Below are positions 47,698 through 58,012 of a DNA stretch of 64,000 nucleotides, in pieces (the first letter of the stretch is position 1; each line of letters starts with the position of its first letter). The stretch is from Spirochaetota bacterium (lineage in GTDB: Bacteria; Spirochaetota; UBA4802; UBA5550). Under the pieces are notes generated by a model. It saw nothing but the letters and a program-made list of their open reading frames with translations, did no database searches and was not told the DNA's origin. The stretch covers positions 480,001-544,000 of the forward strand of contig CAXXHB010000003.1 of assembly GCA_963664815.2 (NCBI GenBank), given 5' to 3'. Made by a program: the position numbers and the translations under genes.

Positions 47698-48993
47698 CTA
47701 TATTATCCTTTTATCTATTACTCGTTTTGCTTTACCTTCACTGGGCGGAAGAGATCCCGGTTCCATGAATTCAATTCTCGGATTAATTACTATAAGTGCG
47801 CGGAGTTTTTCGACTATTTCTCTGTTCAGTTTTTTCAGTGTCTTAATATCGCCCTGAAAGAGCTTGGAATATAATTCAACCTGAATATGCATTCTGTCAA
47901 GGCCATCTTCCCGATCAAGGACTATAACGTAATTATTTCCGACTTCAGGAATGTTCATCAGAACTGACTCTATCTGTGACGGGAATACGTTTACTCCGCC
48001 GACAATAATCATATCGTCGCTACGTCCCTTAATCCTTTCAATTCTTCTGTGGGTCTTGCCGCATTTGCACTGTTCCGGGATAATCCGGGTCAGATCTCTT
48101 GTGCGGTATCTTATGATAGGCATGGCTTCCCTGTTTATATGTGTAAGTACAAGCTCGCCCTCTTCGCCATCGGGAAGCTGTTCACCGGTTTCAGGATCAA
48201 TTATTTCTGCAATATAATAGTCTTCGGCAATATGCATTCCGCTTTTATAGACACAGTCTGCAGCAACTCCCGGTCCGTTCATTTCAGAGAGACCGTACAT
48301 GTTGTAAGCATCGAGTCCCCATAGATTTTCAAGTTTCTCCTTTGTCGCCTCGGAATATGGTTCTGCACCAAAGAAGGCTTTTTTTATTGTAAGATCATGC
48401 GGATTAATCCCGTGTTCTTTGATGACCTCCACAAGGTGAAGCGCATAACTTGGAGTAATATGGATAACCGTCGAGTTAAAGTCCTGAATCAGCTGAATCT
48501 GCCTGAGGCTGTTTCCGGTTGAAGATGGTATTACCATACAGCCGAGTCTTTCGGCCCCATAATGCAGCCCAAGGCCGCCTGTGAATAATCCATAGCCCAT
48601 CATATTCTGGAAAACATCCTCTCTTCTTACTCCGGCACTGTACAATGCCCTTGCTACCTGGTCAGCCCAGTTGTTAACGTCATTCATGGTATGAAAAATT
48701 ACCGTCGATTTTCCGGTAGTACCGGATGATGCGTGAATTCTTACAATCTCAGATTTAGGAACAGCTACCATGCCGTCAGGATAACTCAGGCGGAGATCAT
48801 TTTTTGTAGTAAACGGGAGGTCCTTTATATAATCAAGAGTTTTGATTTTTGAAATATCAATTTTTTTTTCGGCAAAAAGCTTGCTGTAGTATGGTGTTGC
48901 AGATGCTGTTTTTAATGCTTTATCAAATCTCTCCATCTGCATTGCTTCAAGCTCTTTACGGGGGAGAGTTTCAATCTTTTCATGTAGATACAT
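47698..48993 (-). CDS. paaK: Phenylacetate-CoA ligase family
   Basis: HASSGTTGK, YGLFTGGLG, GAEPYS, YGLSE, RYRTRD, GKAKRVID. Confidence 0.9.
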   Translation of the reverse strand: MYLHEKIETLPRKELEAMQMERFDKALKTASATPYYSKLFAEKKIDISKIKTLDYIKDLPFTTKNDLRLSYPDGMVAVPKSEIVRIHASSGTTGKSTVIFHTMNDVNNWADQVARALYSAGVRREDVFQNMMGYGLFTGGLGLHYGAERLGCMVIPSSTGNSLRQIQLIQDFNSTVIHITPSYALHLVEVIKEHGINPHDLTIKKAFFGAEPYSEATKEKLENLWGLDAYNMYGLSEMNGPGVAADCVYKSGMHIAEDYYIAEIIDPETGEQLPDGEEGELVLTHINREAMPIIRYRTRDLTRIIPEQCKCGKTHRRIERIKGRSDDMIIVGGVNVFPSQIESVLMNIPEVGNNYVIVLDREDGLDRMHIQVELYSKLFQGDIKTLKKLNREIVEKLRALIVINPRIEFMEPGSLPPSEGKAKRVIDKRII

Positions 48994-49212
48994 TTTAATA
49001 ACCCTGTATTATTATAATCATAATTAGAATTCAGAACGGTAAATTCATAGAGATAATGACGTATACATGTTGATAATCCCCGCTTAACATATATATGTCA
49101 ATAATAACTCCGGGAATCATCTTTTTTTTGCCTTATTGACCATTGTAAAATTGACTTTACATTATGATGCACGCTTTTGATAATGATAAAAAAAGCAATC
49201 CTGGAGGTTTAA

Positions 49213-49905
49213 ATGAATATTTTAATTTTCGGGCCCAATGGAAGTGGAAAAGGGACTCAGGGCGCGATTGTACAAAAAATGTATAATGTAACGCATGTGG
49301 AATCGGGTGGATTATTCAGAGATAATATCAAGGGCGGAACTGAACTGGGGAAAAGAGCAAAAGAATTTATTGATAAAGGTGATCTTGTACCGGACAGTAT
49401 TACCATCCCTATGATACTCGACAGGCTGAAGAGAGATGACTGTAAAAAAAACGGATGGTTGCTTGACGGATTTCCCAGAAACCCTGAGCAGGCAGCAGCA
49501 TTGAAAAAGTCTCTTGATGCGGAATCGATTAAAATTGACTATATTATTGAAATATCGCTTGATAGGGAAACTGCCAAGAAAAGAATAATGGGGAGAAGAT
49601 TATGTGAAAAAGACAATAATCATCCCAATAATATATATATTGATGCAATAAAGCCCGAAGCGCGAGATGGAGTATTTGTCTGCCGTGTATGCGGCGGGGC
49701 TCTTTCAACAAGAGCAGACGATCAGGATGAGAATGCAATTAATAAAAGGCATGAGATTTATTATGACTCAGTCCAGGGAACAATGGCAGCGGTAAAATAT
49801 TTTGAAAAGATTGCCCGGGAAAGCAAAGATACAAAGTTTATTGTTCTTGATGGAACCCCAGGGGTGAGTGAAGTAAGCGAAGCTCTTAAAAAGCATTTAA
49901 ACTAA
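49213..49905 (+). CDS. adk: Adenylate kinase
   Basis: GPNGSGKGTQ, GWLLDGFPR, metal-binding LID, RADD. Confidence 0.95.
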   Translation: MNILIFGPNGSGKGTQGAIVQKMYNVTHVESGGLFRDNIKGGTELGKRAKEFIDKGDLVPDSITIPMILDRLKRDDCKKNGWLLDGFPRNPEQAAALKKSLDAESIKIDYIIEISLDRETAKKRIMGRRLCEKDNNHPNNIYIDAIKPEARDGVFVCRVCGGALSTRADDQDENAINKRHEIYYDSVQGTMAAVKYFEKIARESKDTKFIVLDGTPGVSEVSEALKKHLN

Positions 49906-49952
49906 GAACTGTCTAAGACTGAAAAAGAACATCAGCATTGAATTCAGATTTT

Positions 49953-49979
49953 TATGCCCGCTGTCAGCGGGCATATTTT
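49953..49979 (+). terminator. Intrinsic terminator after adk
   Basis: TATGCCCGCT-GTC-AGCGGGCATA-TTTT. Confidence 0.65.
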
Positions 49980-50152
49980 GCTTTTTGTTGAAAACGTGAA
50001 AATTGGCCCACTATTGAAGTATATTTCTATTTAACATATCATTGCTTTTAGCTTAAATTTAATTCTCCACATCTTCCATATTCTTTATTTTATTTGACAT
50101 TGATAAAAAATTATGTTTAAATGACTTTATAATAATAAAAAAGGGGTGCACC

Positions 50153-50545
50153 ATGGAAAAAAAATATAAACTGGCTGTTATTTTAAATATTATACCGGCA
50201 ATGATTAATATTCTGGCTTCAGTGTATCTCTTTTTTAATTTTTCACCAATGCAGTTTTCAGGATATGTGACCGGGACTATACTTGGAATTATTCTTTCTG
50301 CCATCTGGCTGATTCAGGTAAGGAAAGCGTTTGGATCTCACGCAGTTAAGCTTCTTAAAATTACTTTCAAGGGATTTTTTGTCAAAATCGTTTTATTTAT
50401 TATATTTATAATTGGAGTTTACAACCTGTTCACTTTCAGCAGAATATTTTTTGCCATCTCCTTTTTCATAGCATTATTATTAAGCGCTGTTATTGAATTA
50501 TGGTTTTATGCTTCTTTGATTAATGATAATGACAAAAAAGGATGA
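50153..50545 (+). CDS. Small 4-TM membrane protein (AtpI-like topology)
   Basis: Four hydrophobic helices; no ATP synthase operon adjacent. Confidence 0.5.
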   Translation: MEKKYKLAVILNIIPAMINILASVYLFFNFSPMQFSGYVTGTILGIILSAIWLIQVRKAFGSHAVKLLKITFKGFFVKIVLFIIFIIGVYNLFTFSRIFFAISFFIALLLSAVIELWFYASLINDNDKKG

Positions 50546-50579
50546 TTCAAAAATATTATAACAGGGATTAATAATTATT

Positions 50580-52175
50580 ATGAAAAATCTAGAGACATTC
50601 AGCAAAGAAGAACTAATTAAGATTATTGAAACCTCAAACCTTCAGGACGAAATTAATTTTGATAGTTCAGATTTCAAATCCCTTGAATTCAGTTCTATTG
50701 TAGAATCTGCTTATGATATAATCTACGTTATTGACAGAGATCTTAATACACAATATATGAACAAAGCCTGGAGAGATATGTTTCCCGATAGAGAACAATC
50801 CCCGGGTAAAAATTTTCGAACTTACCTTCGTGAAATAGAACTCGAAAGAGGTAATTTCGTAGTAGATTCTGTATTGAACAAGGGGCAGGTTTTCAGAAAT
50901 GAACTTCTAAAGATAGTTGAGAATGGAAAACCATACTATTTTATGACAAACTTTTCCCCGATAAAGAAAAAAAACGGTGAAATAGTTGCATTGATCGGCG
51001 TGATGAGAAATTATACCGATCAGTACCAGATACAGAAGAAACTGAAAGAAAACACGATTATCCTGGAGCAAAAGGTTCAGGAACAGATTAAACAGGCTGA
51101 AGAATTAAAAAACCTCCGTGATCTGAATGAAGAGATTATAAACAATGCACCTATCGGTATGTTTATGGTAGATCCATCAGGAATAGTAATAAATGAAAAT
51201 CCGATGCTCAGTAAAATAATGGTCAGGGATCAGAACTCTCTTATTGCTGTAAATATCATAAAATATAAAGGATTTGTAGATTCAGGATTCACAGACATGT
51301 TTTATCAGGCTCTGGAAACCAAAAAAACAATTAAGGCAAATGAAAAAAAATATACACCAATATCCGGGCGTAAGGAACTTGTTGTAAATGCTACTTTTGA
51401 TCCCATCATTAATCGTTCAGGGGCTGTGGAACATGTTCTGATAATGATTGAGGATGTAACAGAGCAGGTGGAAACAAGAAACAAGGTGAGCAGGTTTGAA
51501 AAAATGAGCGCCCTTGGAATTCTGGCATCAGGTGTTGCTTCAGAGCTTAAAAGTCACATAAATAAAATGGTAATGGATCTGAATTTTATTGATACAAATG
51601 TTGATGAATACAGCCCTGCAGTTGAATATATTGATTCGCTGAAAAAGGAACTTGAAAGGATAAAGAACATATCCGAGCAGCTTCTGAGTCTTGCGGTTAT
51701 TGATGAAAGGGATAAGGAAAAATGTGAATTGAACAAAGTTATCATGAATCATCCTGTCGATGTTTTTATAAACAAAATAAGAAATGATGGTCATGAGGTT
51801 GATATTCTTCTTCCTGAAGTAAGCCCGGAAATCTTTGCAACACCAAACCAGATCCAGCAGATGCTTCTCCAGTTTCTGGAGAATGCTGAAGATGCATTGA
51901 TTGACGGCGGGAAGATTTCACTTAAAGTAGAGACAATAAAAACCGAAGAAAATGTATATGCTGCAATAACCTTAACTGACACGGGAGTTGGAATTCCCAA
52001 AGAAAATATAAATAAAATTTTCCAGCCGTTCTTTACAACTAAAGGTAAAAAAGGAACCGGCCTTGGAATGATGATAGCGACTAATATCATCAATAATATC
52101 GGCGGATCGATCGGAGTTAGAAGTAATCCCGGCGAAGGGACTTCAATAAAAGTAATTCTGCCGCAGATTAATTAA
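50580..52175 (+). CDS. PAS-PAS histidine-kinase-like protein with atypical H-box
   Basis: Two PAS domains. LGILASGVASELKSH in place of GVAHE..NP. ENAEDA, DTGVGI, PFFTTK, GTGLG. Confidence 0.82.
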   Translation: MKNLETFSKEELIKIIETSNLQDEINFDSSDFKSLEFSSIVESAYDIIYVIDRDLNTQYMNKAWRDMFPDREQSPGKNFRTYLREIELERGNFVVDSVLNKGQVFRNELLKIVENGKPYYFMTNFSPIKKKNGEIVALIGVMRNYTDQYQIQKKLKENTIILEQKVQEQIKQAEELKNLRDLNEEIINNAPIGMFMVDPSGIVINENPMLSKIMVRDQNSLIAVNIIKYKGFVDSGFTDMFYQALETKKTIKANEKKYTPISGRKELVVNATFDPIINRSGAVEHVLIMIEDVTEQVETRNKVSRFEKMSALGILASGVASELKSHINKMVMDLNFIDTNVDEYSPAVEYIDSLKKELERIKNISEQLLSLAVIDERDKEKCELNKVIMNHPVDVFINKIRNDGHEVDILLPEVSPEIFATPNQIQQMLLQFLENAEDALIDGGKISLKVETIKTEENVYAAITLTDTGVGIPKENINKIFQPFFTTKGKKGTGLGMMIATNIINNIGGSIGVRSNPGEGTSIKVILPQIN

Positions 52176-52193
52176 AAGGGGAGCTTAAATAGT

Positions 52194-53669
52194 ATGATCA
52201 GTAATAGAGTTGATGTAATCAAGATCTTTGAGGGTGAAGGTTATAATATTATAACTCCCGAAAAAAAACCTGGCGTTAATGAATTTGCTGAGGATGTCTT
52301 TCCGAAAAATGAACAGTCTGATCAGCCTGTTCAACCAATGGATTTTAAAGAGAGTATCAGAAAAAATGATCCTTATACCGTAACACCTGTATTGAAGATG
52401 ATACCTGAGGGCGAATATGATATTCAGACTATTGTGGAATATCTCAACTGGCATATGGGTAATATAGGAGATGTTGTTATCGGCAGAGGTGAAATAATAA
52501 GGCAGGCAATTTTTGCAATTCTTACAGGTGAGCATATGCTTCTTCTCAGCCGAACCGGTATGGCGAAATCATACCTTGCTACTTCTGTATTTAATATTTT
52601 TGAAGGAGCCAGAATCTTTTCCGCTCAGGCGAGTAAAGACCAGACACCTGATAACTATTTCGGGCCTTATAATATTGATGAATTCAGAAAGGGCAGGATA
52701 CGACACAACATAAAAGGGTCGGTAATTGAGGCTAACCTTGTTTTTCTTGATGAGTTTTTTGATGCAAGTGATGTTGTACTTCGTTCGCTTCTTTCAGTTT
52801 TGAATGAAAGAAAATTTATCAATGGTTCTGAACAGATTGATGCCGCAGTTCATACAACTATCGCCACAGCCAATTACATGAGAATGAATGAAGTCACAGA
52901 GGCTGTTCTGGACAGGTTTACCTATAAATCAATCATACCTGAAGATAATAATATATACAATCAGCTTCTGATCGACCAGACATACACAGTCAGCAGGGGT
53001 AAACCGATAGAACCTGATAAAAAACTGTTTTTCAATCAGATATTGTTTCTGCATGATATAATAACAAACAGAAACCGTGATATCAAAGTAGAAGTCCCCG
53101 AGTTTATCTATTTTATGAAAAACGTTTTTGTAACCAAATTTGTCAGCGAGATGAGAAAGAATGATCAGAATTTTTTTATAAGTCCCAGAAAGCAGGCAAA
53201 ACTGAGTGACTTTTTAAGGGCATCTGCGCTTGTCAATAATCGTTTTATTGCCAATATGGATGATGTCAAGGATATGTTTCTTGCCCTATGTACATTAAAC
53301 AGTTATACATCAATTAAAAACCTGGATAAGTCGGAAAAAGATTTATACCTCGATGTATATCAGAAAACAATGAATCACTTTAAAGCTAATGGCGCTCTGG
53401 CACAGATTGAATTTCTGCTGGGAATAAGAGCCATATTTGAAGAAATAAAAAATGATCCGGAGAAAAGGGATCTGATCCTGAAAAAAAGCACGCTTCTTGA
53501 TAATATTAAGAATCTGCTTAAAATGGTATTTACGGGAAGACGGAATGAATCTGAAGAGGAGATAACTCTTGATTCCCTGAAAAAAAGTGTATTTGATGTA
53601 AACTCTTCTGTTGAAGAAGTGAATGAACTTAAAAATGGTATTCTGAAGGAATACAGAGAATTGACATAG
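52194..53669 (+). CDS. MoxR/RavA-like AAA+ ATPase
   Basis: GEHMLLLSRTGMAKS, FGP, VFLDEFF, LLSVLNER, AVLDRF. Confidence 0.85.
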   Translation: MISNRVDVIKIFEGEGYNIITPEKKPGVNEFAEDVFPKNEQSDQPVQPMDFKESIRKNDPYTVTPVLKMIPEGEYDIQTIVEYLNWHMGNIGDVVIGRGEIIRQAIFAILTGEHMLLLSRTGMAKSYLATSVFNIFEGARIFSAQASKDQTPDNYFGPYNIDEFRKGRIRHNIKGSVIEANLVFLDEFFDASDVVLRSLLSVLNERKFINGSEQIDAAVHTTIATANYMRMNEVTEAVLDRFTYKSIIPEDNNIYNQLLIDQTYTVSRGKPIEPDKKLFFNQILFLHDIITNRNRDIKVEVPEFIYFMKNVFVTKFVSEMRKNDQNFFISPRKQAKLSDFLRASALVNNRFIANMDDVKDMFLALCTLNSYTSIKNLDKSEKDLYLDVYQKTMNHFKANGALAQIEFLLGIRAIFEEIKNDPEKRDLILKKSTLLDNIKNLLKMVFTGRRNESEEEITLDSLKKSVFDVNSSVEEVNELKNGILKEYRELT

Positions 53670-53679
53670 GATATTTGAA

Positions 53680-55344
53680 ATGATCTCTCAGAATAATGGA
53701 GACGATTTTTTCGGATACTGGGATTCTCTCGGATTTTTTGACAATATCCAGGTTATCCTCCCTCCACAGTTTATGCTCTTGTTTGAGATAGCCCGCACTC
53801 TATTTAGTGACCGGAGTTCTCTGGATGTATTAAATGCCATTGAACAGATCTCTGCTGAAGAAAAGCTTCATGTACCGGACAGGGAGGAAACCATTTCCAT
53901 TAACAGGCTTGAGAGACAGGCACCGCTGAGCGATAAGATGGAAATTGAAACCTACAAGAATATTATAGATCTGAAACGGACTCTGCCGCGTGAGCTTGCG
54001 CATGATGATGATATCTTCAATGCGAAGCTGTTTACCAAAACTTTAATGGTGCAGAAGTTTTATGAATCTGACAGTGATAACTTCAAGCCTATATCCACAA
54101 TGAAAAACGAGAAAGGGAGAGAGGCCAATCAGTTTGAGCAGCTATTTTATATTCTCCTTGATACCTCGAGATCCATGGATATGAGAATGAGGGGATTTTA
54201 TGCAAAGTGTATTGTTTCTGAATTCCTCAGACGTAAACTTGACAGTAATGCCAAACTGTTTTTCAGAACTTTTGACTCAAATGTGGGTGATCTTTATAAA
54301 ATTGAGAAGAGAGAAGACTACCCTTACCTGATAGAGAAAGTTCTTTTTTCAACAACAGGCGGCGTAAGTACAAATCTCCAGAAAGCTGTATTTCAGGCTG
54401 TTAACGATATTAATTACACAAAAGACATGGTAACAGCTGAAATACTTGTGGTTACCGATGGAATCAGTAAAATTGATGTTCACGAGATGAATGAAAAGCT
54501 CGGAAAGGTAAAACTGCACGTTTTAAAAATCGGGGATGACATGCCAGAACCTGATTTTTATGAGATGAAATCGGGATTTGCCAATGAGAGAGTTGATTTT
54601 GATCCGTCATCCATCAATATAAAAGAAATAAAAAACAGGATGCAGAATCCAAAGGATGATGATAAACCTCTGACAACTGCTGAACAGAGAATTTATCGCA
54701 TGATGCTTGATTATTCAAATAATGTATTTAAAGATCTGAAGAGAGTGGCAAAGAATTTTATTGAAGTCGGTGATATTAAGAATGATCATCTTTATGATGT
54801 ATCTTATGAGAATCTGGAGAATATTTTTCACTGGATAAAGAAGCTTGAGTTTGCAGATATTAAATATATGAAAATTGATGAAAAGGAGCGTATTTATAAA
54901 CAGACCTATTTTCTGGGGCAGTATATAAAGATGCTTTATGATCATGATACTAAAAATAAAGCTGAACTTAAATCTCTTCTGGAGAGAATTGCAAAAATAA
55001 AAACCAGGCTTATGGAAGACACCGAGCTGTTTCTGTATATTGTAAAAGCCGGGAAATACCATGAAGACAAAAAGAAACTGAAGCTTGACAGAAAAGAAGC
55101 GCGTAAACTGATGAAACAGATGTCAAGTCAGAATAAGAATATTACTGTTAAGGATATGAAACGGGCTCAGCTTACTTTCAGTTTTGAACCGGGGCAAGGG
55201 AGTTCCGGAAAACTTTTCCTTTTTCTCCTGATAAAACTGGGGCAGCTTTTATGGGGGATTGTAACATTTCCTGTAAACCGTTTGAAGAGTGAAAAACCGG
55301 AAAAATTCAAAGAGATTATATATCCCGATGAAAAGAAAAAATAA
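53680..55344 (+). CDS. vWA-domain partner (ViaA-like)
   Basis: MIDAS DTSRS, GGVSTN, VTDG; directly downstream of the AAA+ gene. Confidence 0.78.
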   Translation: MISQNNGDDFFGYWDSLGFFDNIQVILPPQFMLLFEIARTLFSDRSSLDVLNAIEQISAEEKLHVPDREETISINRLERQAPLSDKMEIETYKNIIDLKRTLPRELAHDDDIFNAKLFTKTLMVQKFYESDSDNFKPISTMKNEKGREANQFEQLFYILLDTSRSMDMRMRGFYAKCIVSEFLRRKLDSNAKLFFRTFDSNVGDLYKIEKREDYPYLIEKVLFSTTGGVSTNLQKAVFQAVNDINYTKDMVTAEILVVTDGISKIDVHEMNEKLGKVKLHVLKIGDDMPEPDFYEMKSGFANERVDFDPSSINIKEIKNRMQNPKDDDKPLTTAEQRIYRMMLDYSNNVFKDLKRVAKNFIEVGDIKNDHLYDVSYENLENIFHWIKKLEFADIKYMKIDEKERIYKQTYFLGQYIKMLYDHDTKNKAELKSLLERIAKIKTRLMEDTELFLYIVKAGKYHEDKKKLKLDRKEARKLMKQMSSQNKNITVKDMKRAQLTFSFEPGQGSSGKLFLFLLIKLGQLLWGIVTFPVNRLKSEKPEKFKEIIYPDEKKK

Positions 55345-55373
55345 AAAGAAATATTATTTTACTGCTTATATTG

Positions 55374-55405
55374 AAAAAAGCTGACAGTTATCTGTCAGCT
55401 TTTTT
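55374..55405. terminator. Bidirectional intrinsic terminator
   Basis: AAAAAAGCTGACAG-TTAT-CTGTCAGCTTTTTT between convergent genes. Confidence 0.85.
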
Positions 55406-55408
55406 AAT

Positions 55409-56380
55409 TCAGTTTACTTTATTTTTATACCAGTCAACTGTTTCAGATAAAATATCGATATTATCCTTCTTCGGCGACCAGCCTGTAATTGTTTTCAATC
55501 TGTGGCAGTCGAGATATACGCTATGAAATATAAAAAGAAAATGTTCCTTTGTAAAATAATTCACATTGGAAGATTTCGAAAGCATGGCATACCATATTGC
55601 CTTTGGTTTGGTTATATGCTTAATTGCAAAGTCTAGTTTTTTCTTTTCTTTGATTTTAACCAACTGTTCAATCTGAGTCGGCACATTATCTGAACCTACA
55701 TTGAAAGATCGGCCATATGCTTTATCGCCGGATTTATAAACCTTATAGAATGCCTCTGCTGCATCATCCGGAGATAAAAGCTGAAATTTTGTGTCTCCGT
55801 CGCCTGAAATGTACATTACATTGTCATTTCCCAATCCCATTGCCATATAAAGGGTTATCAGAATCGACGAATTTTTTACTTCAGGACCGGTAATAACCGA
55901 AGGCCGTATTACGGTAAGGTTCATTTTATATTTTTTAGCAAAAGCTTCACAGAGAATTTCAGCTTTGAGTTTATCTTTACCATAAGCAGTATAGGGTTTT
56001 TTTCTGTCTTCTTCTTTCAGCGGAAAGGATTTTGTTTTACCGTAGATAGCATATGTTGACAGGAATATGAACCTCTTAATTTTTAGTTTTCTGGCTACCA
56101 AAAGCAGGTTTTTAGTACCGGTTATGTTAATTTTTTTCATTTTCCCGCGTCCGATTTTCTGTGCCCTGCTTTTATCAAGGAGGTGTATGATTGTATCAAC
56201 ATCTTTGCATGCAAGGATAAGTCGCTTGGTAGTAAAAAGGTCACCCTGGATAAATTCGATATTATCCGGTAAACTTTCAGGTTTGTATTGATCATAACAT
56301 CTTACTTTTTCGCCATTCATGGTAAATTTCTCAACCAGTGCTTTCCCCAGCAGGGAGTTTGAACCAGTGATAAGTATCAT
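55409..56380 (-). CDS. NAD-dependent epimerase/dehydratase
   Basis: MILITGSNSLLG after a GGAGG RBS; FLST; YGKDK (YxxxK). Confidence 0.82.
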   Translation of the reverse strand: MILITGSNSLLGKALVEKFTMNGEKVRCYDQYKPESLPDNIEFIQGDLFTTKRLILACKDVDTIIHLLDKSRAQKIGRGKMKKINITGTKNLLLVARKLKIKRFIFLSTYAIYGKTKSFPLKEEDRKKPYTAYGKDKLKAEILCEAFAKKYKMNLTVIRPSVITGPEVKNSSILITLYMAMGLGNDNVMYISGDGDTKFQLLSPDDAAEAFYKVYKSGDKAYGRSFNVGSDNVPTQIEQLVKIKEKKKLDFAIKHITKPKAIWYAMLSKSSNVNYFTKEHFLFIFHSVYLDCHRLKTITGWSPKKDNIDILSETVDWYKNKVN

Positions 56381-56698
56381 AATCAGCCTCCATAAAATCG
56401 ATAATATTATCAGTGATAATTCCGGAACATATTTTGATGTAAAAATCAAATTATATTTACCAACCACAAATAGCAGCAGGGAATAAATACTGATTATTAA
56501 TACATCTCTTCTTAGAATATATATATAAATCTTAAAGTCAAGACAGTATTTATAAGATAATTTTTTTTTAATTCAAAAAAAGTAAGAGTGGGGGGATCTC
56601 TATCATAAGGAGTGTCATTTCTTTGACATAGATATGACTTTAGTATTTTACGATTGAAATAGAACCTGATCTGTCACATCGACAGGCCCAATACATCG

Positions 56699-56800
56699 CA
56701 TTTCGATGAAGTGAAAGTGACTGGAAATCTGGTACTTGCAGTAAATTTAAGATTTCTCAGACTTGTACTGAGTCTGTGGAAGAATGCGTTAAAAGTGACA
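56699..56800. repeat. Degenerate REP-like palindromic element
   Basis: CATTTCG...GAAATCT...AGATTTCTC...CTTGTACTGAG...AAAGTGAC, resembling GTCATTTCGA/GAAATGAC-type intergenic repeats. Confidence 0.4.
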
Positions 56801-56922
56801 AGGCCTGATTATTTTGTAAAATGCTATAAATGCAATAATAAATATTGATAAAACTCTCTTTTCCACGATCAGCTATTCAGGGTTATAATCTCACATCGGT
56901 AAAAATATGCATTAAGTCGATT

Positions 56923-57813
56923 TTAATCTGAAATCAGAAATGGTTTTATTAAAAAACGGATTCTTTTTACAGAGAAGAGTATTCCTTCAACCCTTCCGTA
57001 TATATTTTCATTTTTGATTATAACAAACCGTGAGATATCGTTCCTGTCATCTGGCATGGCAAAGTATTCATCTTTCTTCAGGTTGGCATCAGTTTTATAC
57101 TTTTCACTGTTTTGTTTCACAGGATATCTGAGGTTTGTTTCTGATTCGGAGATCACGTCAAAATCAGTCAGGAAAAATTTTTTCAGTTCGTTATCTGTAA
57201 AAATTGACTGATGCAGTTCAGATCCCTGAACTGATAAACGTCCATTCCTGTAGGAGATATTTTCACCAGGCTGTCCGACAATTCTTATTATACCGGAATT
57301 GCTGTCGTTTAAGATAATCATTTCACTTTTATTATAAAAGCTGTTCCCTATTTTTTTGATTGCTACAACATCACCTTTTTCTATGACCGGAGGAAAATCA
57401 ATTTTCACAGTCCTGATTGAAAAAGATGCTGAAAATATTAAAATTGAAATCAGAGTTATTATAATATTGGCAAGAGCAAAAAGTATAATAAACCGGGCTG
57501 AAGTAAACCTGGAGATTACCAGTTTCTTTTTTTTAAGGCTGATAATAAAAGCAATCACTGGTGAGATGATGGTAACCAGGAGAAAAAATATAACTGAAAA
57601 TGATATTTCTGAAAGGTATGAACTCTTTGCATTCGTGAGAGAATAAAATGGAACAGCAATAGCTGATGCCACTCTGACCAGAGACAGAGCAATCCCTCTC
57701 TGTGTAAATCCGGAATAAATTTCACCCGCCCCGGTTATGAATAACGACATGATGAAAGATATATATGGGTTTGGAATTCTCTCTCTTCCCGAAATAATAA
57801 TTTTGTTACTCAA
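56923..57813 (-). CDS. Signal peptidase I (S26)-like membrane protein, catalytic residues apparently lost
   Basis: N-terminal TM bundle (SLFITGAGEIYSG); boxes PVIEKGD, RIVGQPGE, PDDRN, IYGRV. Confidence 0.65.
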   Translation of the reverse strand: MSNKIIISGRERIPNPYISFIMSLFITGAGEIYSGFTQRGIALSLVRVASAIAVPFYSLTNAKSSYLSEISFSVIFFLLVTIISPVIAFIISLKKKKLVISRFTSARFIILFALANIIITLISILIFSASFSIRTVKIDFPPVIEKGDVVAIKKIGNSFYNKSEMIILNDSNSGIIRIVGQPGENISYRNGRLSVQGSELHQSIFTDNELKKFFLTDFDVISESETNLRYPVKQNSEKYKTDANLKKDEYFAMPDDRNDISRFVIIKNENIYGRVEGILFSVKRIRFLIKPFLISD

Positions 57814-58012
57814 GGAAATTTGACTCCTGTTCTGCTGTAGTGATGTAAGTCAGCCTGTTCAGCAGCTTTGCTGCTGTTCCACTGTTTTTCATAAACTATT
57901 GTATCGTACTCTTCAGGTCAAACAGATTTTATATTTCTGAATATTAGTTGACTTGACTGTATTCTGCTTTATCATTTGATAATCGGTATGGACAGTTTCC
58001 GGAGGCTTAAAA

